This document shows positions 50,664 to 56,126 of a stretch of DNA of 56,126 nucleotides, piece by piece (position 1 is the first letter of the stretch; each line of letters opens with the position of its first letter). This DNA is from a virus (Duplodnaviria > Caudoviricetes): IMG/VR virus record IMGVR_UViG_3300042988_000513, positions 1 through 56,126 of that record; one strand, written 5' to 3'. The position numbers and the translations under genes are program-made. The notes below the pieces were generated by a model. That model was not told the origin of the DNA, did not search any database, and saw only the letters and a program-made list of their open reading frames with translations.

Positions 50664-51494
50664 ATGGCTAACGACATTATCCCTTTCGCGCCGAAGAGCC
50701 TTGACGAGGCGCTTACCGTCTCCAAGCAGATCGCCACGTCGGCGCTGATTCCAGGCGACTTGCGCCAGAAGCCGCAGGACGTTTTGGTCACGATCCTCGC
50801 TGGCCAGGAATTGGGCCTCGGGCCCATGCAGAGCATCAGGGGCTTGTATGTCGTCAACGGCAAGCCGGTCATGTCTTCCGATATGATGGTTGCGCTCTGT
50901 CTCAGAAGCTCCGCTTGTGAGTATTTCCAATTGGTTGAGAGTACGCCAGGGAGGGCCACTTACGAGGCCAAGCGTCGAGGGGCCCCGAAGCCGGTTCAGA
51001 TGAGCTTCACAATCGAGCAGGCGCGAGCGGCCGGCCTGACCGGAAAGGGAACCTGGAAGAGCTATCCCGACGCCATGCTCAGGGCCCGCGCGGCTTCGTC
51101 GCTGGCTAGGGCGGTTTTTCCGGATTTGGTTGCCGGCGTCTACGAGCCCGGCGAGGCCGAGGAGTTCAGGCGATCCGATAGGGCTCGGGACGTGACGCCG
51201 ATTCCTGCGGCCCCGGTTGCTCCTACAGTCGTGCCGCCGGAGCCTCCTCCGATTGAAGACGCAGAGGTCGTTGAGTCTGTTGCGCAGCCCGCGCCGGATC
51301 CATCTGTGGAGTCCAGCGTTGCGGACGAGCTAATGGCGATGATCGGCTCGACGGACTCCAGGGATACGCTCAAGGCCGTCGCCCCGAAGATCCAGCAGGC
51401 GAAGGACGGCGGTTTCATTTCGGATGACGAGTTGCAGATCCTGCGTCAGGCATACGGTGAGCGGCAGGCTGCGCTCAAGGCCGGTGGAAAGTGA
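50664..51494 (+). CDS. RecT/Bet-like single-strand annealing protein
   Basis: P..L..KPQDV, G.ELGLGPMQS, VVNGKP, WKSYPDAML.ARA, FPDLVAG.Y. Confidence 0.85.
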   Translation: MANDIIPFAPKSLDEALTVSKQIATSALIPGDLRQKPQDVLVTILAGQELGLGPMQSIRGLYVVNGKPVMSSDMMVALCLRSSACEYFQLVESTPGRATYEAKRRGAPKPVQMSFTIEQARAAGLTGKGTWKSYPDAMLRARAASSLARAVFPDLVAGVYEPGEAEEFRRSDRARDVTPIPAAPVAPTVVPPEPPPIEDAEVVESVAQPAPDPSVESSVADELMAMIGSTDSRDTLKAVAPKIQQAKDGGFISDDELQILRQAYGERQAALKAGGK

Positions 51495-52588
51495 CCACAT
51501 TCAGCAAGTTGGAGCGTCTCAGCGCATGCCTTGGAGAGGCTGTCTTTCCGGGCTGCTCGTCAACGGGAGAGGCCGCTACCAAGGGCAACGCGTATCACGA
51601 TGCCATGGCGACGGCCATCAACACCGCAGATGCCTCCAAGGCTCCGACTGGCTCTGAGGCGATTGCTCATCGGCTAATCGAGGCCAAGGCGACGGCCGAA
51701 GTTGCGTATGCGTATGACCCGGCCAAGGATTCCGCGCGCGTATTGGGCGTGAACATCGGGCGAAATTACCAGCTGAAGCCAGGAGAGATTGCCGGCACGG
51801 CAGACGTCGTTATGGTCAATGGCGACTGCGTTACGGTTTACGACTGGAAAACTGGTCACAAGGCTCTTCCGCATCCAAGCGAGTCCTGGCAACTCAGGGC
51901 GCTGGCGCTAGCAGCATGCAGGACGACTGGAGCCGGCAACGCCATCATCGGATACGGCCGAGTTGCCGACGAAGAGGCTCCGGTTCTTGTGACCGACACC
52001 ATGGACTGCTTCGACCTGGACTGGTTCGCCGGGGAGCTGTTTGGGCTGCTGGCGGCCGCCGACCGAGCACTCAAGGACTACACTGAGCACAATATGCTGC
52101 CGCGTCTGGCCGAGGGTCCCCAGTGCGACTATTGCGAGGCCTTCGCATTTTGCCCAGCCAAGCATGCGCTGGCGCGCTCGATGGCTGCTGACCTGGCTGG
52201 ACTGGAAGCCGGAATTGAGGCTCTGACGCTGGAGCAGGCCGGGTCCGTTTTGGAGAAGGTCCAGGCGGCCGAGGCTGTGCTTGAACGCATCAAGTCTTCT
52301 CTAAAGGAGAGGGCGCAGCGAACGCCGATTCCGCTGCCATCGGGCGGGCGATGGGCGGCAGTCGAGACCAGGCGCGAAAGCGTGGACGGCCGCGTTGCCC
52401 TGGCTGCTCTGGCCGAACATATCGGCTGGGCCGAGGCGTCCAAGGCTGTCAAAACACTAACGAAGGAAGCGATTAAGTCTGCTGCCGGAGAAAAGGCTAC
52501 GGAAATCCTGCAGACTATCCGCAATCGGGGCGGTATCAGGCAGAGCGTTTTTGCTCAGATGCGCACACTGAACGGGGCAAAGGAATGA
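51491..52588 (+). CDS. Cas4-like/DUF2800 PD-(D/E)xK exonuclease, partner of annealase
   Basis: G.AYH, GTADVV, YDWKTG, QL..LAL, G.QCDYC....C. Confidence 0.82.
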   Translation: MTTFSKLERLSACLGEAVFPGCSSTGEAATKGNAYHDAMATAINTADASKAPTGSEAIAHRLIEAKATAEVAYAYDPAKDSARVLGVNIGRNYQLKPGEIAGTADVVMVNGDCVTVYDWKTGHKALPHPSESWQLRALALAACRTTGAGNAIIGYGRVADEEAPVLVTDTMDCFDLDWFAGELFGLLAAADRALKDYTEHNMLPRLAEGPQCDYCEAFAFCPAKHALARSMAADLAGLEAGIEALTLEQAGSVLEKVQAAEAVLERIKSSLKERAQRTPIPLPSGGRWAAVETRRESVDGRVALAALAEHIGWAEASKAVKTLTKEAIKSAAGEKATEILQTIRNRGGIRQSVFAQMRTLNGAKE

Positions 52589-52767
52589 TCTCACTGGCCG
52601 AAACCAGGCGGCTTCTGCGCATTGCGTTCGAGCTGAGCGACTTGCGCGAATCGGGCGACGAGAATGGCGCGGACGCAATTTGTCTGCGCCAGGAGCGCGA
52701 CGACATTCTGGATGGGACGTATGCAGCCAAGGCGGAAGACGCTCGGGAGGCCAGGAATGACCTGTGA
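52585..52767 (+). CDS. Hypothetical protein
   Basis: ATGA coupling. Confidence 0.5.
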   Translation: MISLAETRRLLRIAFELSDLRESGDENGADAICLRQERDDILDGTYAAKAEDAREARNDL

Positions 52768-53461
52768 AACCGGAGGCTGCAAGTATTGGTTCCGCAAGTA
52801 CGAGGAGGCCGAGCGGACACTCGAGACCGAGAAGAACAAGCGCGAGGTTGCCGAGCAGGACAGAGACCGCCTAGCCTCAGAGTGCATGGAGGTGTCAAAT
52901 TGCCGCGACGAGCTGAGCAAAGAGATCAGGGTCCGCACCGAGGAGCGCAACGCGGCGCGAAAGGATGTCGGTCTGCTGCTGGCGGCCCTGGGCTGTACGG
53001 ACGAGTTTGACGTCGCGGCTACCGGAATCGCGGAGGCAGAGCGGCTTCGCTCCAATCGCGGCATCGGCGATGGCGACATCGTAGCGGCACTTGAGGAGCG
53101 CGACGCGCTAAAGAAGCGGCTCGCGGAAGCCGAGAAGGCGACCGAGGACTACCGGCGCGACGCAGAATACTGGATCGAGAGATACGACACGACCAACGCC
53201 CGGCTCGCGGAGTCTGAGCAGAAGGGAATCGAGATGGCGCTAGCCGCGAAGGGCACAGCCGAGAAGCTCGCCGCGTCCGAGGCCCAGGCTGCGGCGATGC
53301 TCGCCGAGCTGCAAGCCGCGCGGAAGGTGGTCGAGGCGGCGGACGCCACGGTGCGGCGTATGGACTCGCCACCGTTCTGGCCGGAGCCGGGAGAGATAGA
53401 CGACCAGCGCGCCGCCCTCTTTGATTACCGCGCCGCGACCGGGAAGGAGAAAAGCGAATGA
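52757..53461 (+). CDS. Coiled-coil protein
   Basis: Likely start MTCETGG with GGAGG; long heptad pattern. Confidence 0.65.
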   Translation: MTCETGGCKYWFRKYEEAERTLETEKNKREVAEQDRDRLASECMEVSNCRDELSKEIRVRTEERNAARKDVGLLLAALGCTDEFDVAATGIAEAERLRSNRGIGDGDIVAALEERDALKKRLAEAEKATEDYRRDAEYWIERYDTTNARLAESEQKGIEMALAAKGTAEKLAASEAQAAAMLAELQAARKVVEAADATVRRMDSPPFWPEPGEIDDQRAALFDYRAATGKEKSE

Positions 53462-53664
53462 GACGAACGCTGATAGCCGAGATTCCGATCCAGGTAACCG
53501 CAGACGGATGGGACGAGAAGGGCATGCGATTGTTGCTGGCACAGGTGCTGCGCGACATCCATTTAGACGTATGTGGAGCCGGGTATTTCACGCCTAGTAG
53601 GTGTATTGGCTACTCGTATAGGGCCCTTGTAGGTGGTCGGAGCTGGAAGGAGCCGAGCGAATGA
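53458..53664 (+). CDS. Hypothetical protein
   Basis: ATGA coupling on both sides. Confidence 0.55.
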   Translation: MRRTLIAEIPIQVTADGWDEKGMRLLLAQVLRDIHLDVCGAGYFTPSRCIGYSYRALVGGRSWKEPSE

Positions 53665-53828
53665 CCCTCTCCGAGTTCGAAGGCCGAGTAGCGCGCCGCC
53701 GACGCATTACGGGAGAGACGCATAGCGCCGCCTCAAAGGCGCTACTCGAGCAGCTCCGGCAGACCAGAGCGATTACCGAGGCGGAGCACGCTGAGTTTGA
53801 GCGGCACGGGAAAGGACGAGCGGCATGA
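53661..53828 (+). CDS. Hypothetical 55-aa protein
   Basis: Manual translation MTLSEFEGRVARRR...; AAGGAG RBS; ATGA overlaps. Confidence 0.55.
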   Translation: MTLSEFEGRVARRRRITGETHSAASKALLEQLRQTRAITEAEHAEFERHGKGRAA

Positions 53829-53980
53829 GCTTCGTTGTCTACGACGCCGCGCTACAGCACATGTCGCTGGTGCTGCGGCACGGCGGGAAGCTAGTGCTAA
53901 TACACAAAGCTACCGGCGAGATAATGGCGGACGTGAAGCCAAGACCGGCGAAGAAGAATAGGAAGACGGGGGCGCGATGA
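53825..53980 (+). CDS. Hypothetical 51-aa protein
   Basis: Manual translation MSFVVYDAAL...; ATGA overlaps. Confidence 0.5.
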   Translation: MSFVVYDAALQHMSLVLRHGGKLVLIHKATGEIMADVKPRPAKKNRKTGAR

Positions 53981-54210
53981 GCTACGGAAAGCGAGACGCG
54001 GAGATTCACAGCAAGATCATGAAGCGCGCCGAAGGAAAGATTAAGACGGGGTACGTCGTGCTATGGCGAGGCAGGGTCCGTAAGGGGTTTGCTTCCATGG
54101 AGGTAGACGTTGAGTTTTTCTCGTCAAAGGAGGACGCCGAGCAGCATGTCTTGGACTGGGACTCGGAACTAACACGTGGCGTCGTCTGCAAGGTCGAGTG
54201 GGAGGAGTAA
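53977..54210 (+). CDS. Hypothetical protein
   Basis: FSSKEDAE motif; coupled. Confidence 0.6.
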   Translation: MSYGKRDAEIHSKIMKRAEGKIKTGYVVLWRGRVRKGFASMEVDVEFFSSKEDAEQHVLDWDSELTRGVVCKVEWEE

Positions 54211-54437
54211 TGGATAAGGCGCTTAACTTCGCGGCCATCGCTCTTGTTTGGATGACCAGATCGATACTAGCGGCTACTGTGGTTGTTTGGTTATGGCTGC
54301 TTACGTTCGGGACGTTTTCCAGGCAGGCAGGGTGGGTCCAGGTTCCGGTTACTGTCGCGTGGCTTGTGTTCGCCTTGGTTATGTTCCTGGCGATGCTCTG
54401 GGCGCACGACAGGGTAAACCGTATGCGAGACAGATAG
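54210..54437 (+). CDS. Two-TM membrane protein
   Basis: Start MDKAL (TAATG overlap, GGAGG); two hydrophobic helices. Confidence 0.6.
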   Translation: MDKALNFAAIALVWMTRSILAATVVVWLWLLTFGTFSRQAGWVQVPVTVAWLVFALVMFLAMLWAHDRVNRMRDR

Positions 54438-54576
54438 TGTTGCGCGCGACGTGCAACGCGCGGTGTTCGGACAACGAGGAAAGGAGCGAGCTTGACGGTC
54501 CGGATCACATGGCGACGAGTTGCTTCCCCAAGGCCAAACCGGCTGATAAGCTGGCTGGCTGACCTGGAGGAACGAC

Positions 54577-56100
54577 GTGGCGCGCTTTGTGGAGCTAATC
54601 CGAGTCTCGACGGTCAAGCAGGCTCAGAAGGACACGCCGGAGAACCAGAGGCAGGCGCTAGACCGCTTGCGCCAGTTCCGGCCAGGAACACTGGTTGAGA
54701 GGATAGAGGCCCCCGGAATATCGGGGGCTTTGTCTTTGCGGGATAGACAAGACCTAACCAGGCTGGCCGAGCTGGCAAAGGCCAAGGCGTTTGATGAGAT
54801 CCGCGTGTTCGCGGTTGACAGACTGACCCGCGCAGAGGACCCGAGGGAGCGCGTGGCGGTCCTTGGGATCGCGCTCGATGCCGGAGCCATCATCGTTGAC
54901 GCCAGCGGTCACACGATCAATCCGGCCGACGACGTCGGGGAGCTGGACTGGTACCTACAGAGCCTGTTCGCCGCCAGGGAGCGCAAGAAGATCCTGGAGA
55001 GGTCTCGGGCCGGGTGCCGACGCGCAGCGCTGGAGGGAAGGCACCCACAGGGCCGACTCCCCTACGGGCTAAGGTACGACAAGGCGGCCAAGCGCTTTAG
55101 CTGGGACGACGCTGAGTCCACGACGGTTCGGCGCATGTACGAGCTGATGTCAGCAGGACATAGCCTTGAGGCTATAGCCAAGGCCTTCGACGTTGACGGA
55201 CTGTCTACCAGGGGCGGATGCCGGTGGACCGCGTCCAGGGTTCTGGAGATTGTTCGCAGCGGTCACGCTCTTGGCGTCTGGCTGCATAGCGGCATCTCGA
55301 TACCTGTCCCAAGGCTCATAGACGACGCCCTGGCGTCCAGGGCTGAGGCCTCCAGAGCCAAGAACAAGAAGCGATCTGGCGGAAGGATACCGCGACACAA
55401 GGCGATACTGCGCGGCATCTTGACGTGTGCCGAGTGCGGATCGGCCGTCCGGGTCATTGTCAGGCCCACTAGGCGCCGTGGAACTACGCTGTACTACGCA
55501 TGCGGGGCCTGGGTGTCTGGCCGGAAGGAGGGTCACGTACGGATATCCTACAGGCGAGTCTCCGATATTGACTCCGAGGTCGTCTCCAGCATCAAGGAGG
55601 CCCTGGCGGACCCTGGAGAGATAGAGGCGACGCTGCGGGCAAGAACGAGACAGGCGCCTACTAGGGCGAAGGCGTCCGAGGCAGACGACTCCAAGCTGGC
55701 GTCAGAGGAAGACAGGGTTCTGCGGCTTCTGGAGCGCGGAGTGCTGAGCGAGGATCGCGCAGCGGCGAAGCTTCGGGAGCTGAAGGAGCGACGCTCAAAG
55801 GTCAAGGCGGAGTTGGCCGAGGCCAAGCTACAGGCAGCCTCAAGGCCACGCCCGAGCGACGTGGCGCCAAGCGCCGAGCGTATCCTGTCGGCCATCCGGG
55901 AGGCCACTCCAGAGGCCCTGGCAGAGCACGTATCAGGCCTGTTCCCAGGAGGTCTCAGGCTGACGGCAAGCGGAGACGTAGAGGGAGACGGTGTGCTGGA
56001 ACTCGTGTCTACGGCATCCGAATCTGGTTGCAACTCCGCATCCCGTGGACATGCGCCGCTAAGGCTGGTATCGTGTGGTACGCGAACGCAGCTTCACTAA
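54577..56100 (+). CDS. Large serine recombinase (integrase)
   Basis: RVST..Q catalytic motif, ISGA, DRLTR, ER..I.ER, PYG.Y recombinase domain, L.GIL.CAECG zinc ribbon, coiled coil; GGAGG RBS. Confidence 0.93.
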   Translation: MARFVELIRVSTVKQAQKDTPENQRQALDRLRQFRPGTLVERIEAPGISGALSLRDRQDLTRLAELAKAKAFDEIRVFAVDRLTRAEDPRERVAVLGIALDAGAIIVDASGHTINPADDVGELDWYLQSLFAARERKKILERSRAGCRRAALEGRHPQGRLPYGLRYDKAAKRFSWDDAESTTVRRMYELMSAGHSLEAIAKAFDVDGLSTRGGCRWTASRVLEIVRSGHALGVWLHSGISIPVPRLIDDALASRAEASRAKNKKRSGGRIPRHKAILRGILTCAECGSAVRVIVRPTRRRGTTLYYACGAWVSGRKEGHVRISYRRVSDIDSEVVSSIKEALADPGEIEATLRARTRQAPTRAKASEADDSKLASEEDRVLRLLERGVLSEDRAAAKLRELKERRSKVKAELAEAKLQAASRPRPSDVAPSAERILSAIREATPEALAEHVSGLFPGGLRLTASGDVEGDGVLELVSTASESGCNSASRGHAPLRLVSCGTRTQLH

Positions 56101-56126
56101 CCACAGAAGATCCGCACAGACCGAAG

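Larger units (their letters stand above)
1..56126. mobile_element. Near-complete temperate podovirus-like phage/prophage
   Basis: Terminase-portal-scaffold-capsid-tail tube-ejection-spike-lysis order, replication and recombination arms, XRE regulator; integrase at one end and lysis genes at the other, as in an integrated prophage; att sites not identified. Confidence 0.95.

Noticed and set aside
1-56126. Stop-codon reassignment
   Set aside because: Standard code gives dense, full-length genes ending in TAA, TAG and TGA; no suppressor tRNA

Overview
The window is almost a whole temperate podovirus-type (BPP-1/epsilon15-like morphogenesis module) phage or prophage of a GC-rich Gram-negative host; DGG-rich secreted proteins weakly suggest Myxococcota (inference). 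The minus strand (about 48.7 kb down to 1) carries an XRE regulator, tRNA-Thr, replication genes (initiator with iterons, DnaB, RusA, dUTPase, DUF5664, SSB), terminases, portal, scaffold, capsid, tail tube proteins, ejection proteins including a 3256-aa polyvalent protein, two signal-peptide Cys-rich proteins, three tail spike/fibre genes and a lysis cassette. The plus strand (about 48.8-56.1 kb) carries a pentapeptide-repeat protein, a RecT-like/exonuclease pair, small ORFs and a large serine integrase. Most notable: (1) two tandem, complementarily degenerate GGDEF-like domains inside the ejected polyvalent protein, next to ART-like, HExxH and DdrB-ParB domains; (2) apparently exported, disulfide-rich proteins in the tail operon behind their own promoter-like motif; (3) a 14-bp motif repeated before three late modules; (4) two non-canonical tRNA-Thr genes. 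All protein family calls were made by eye from motifs and synteny; no searches were run.
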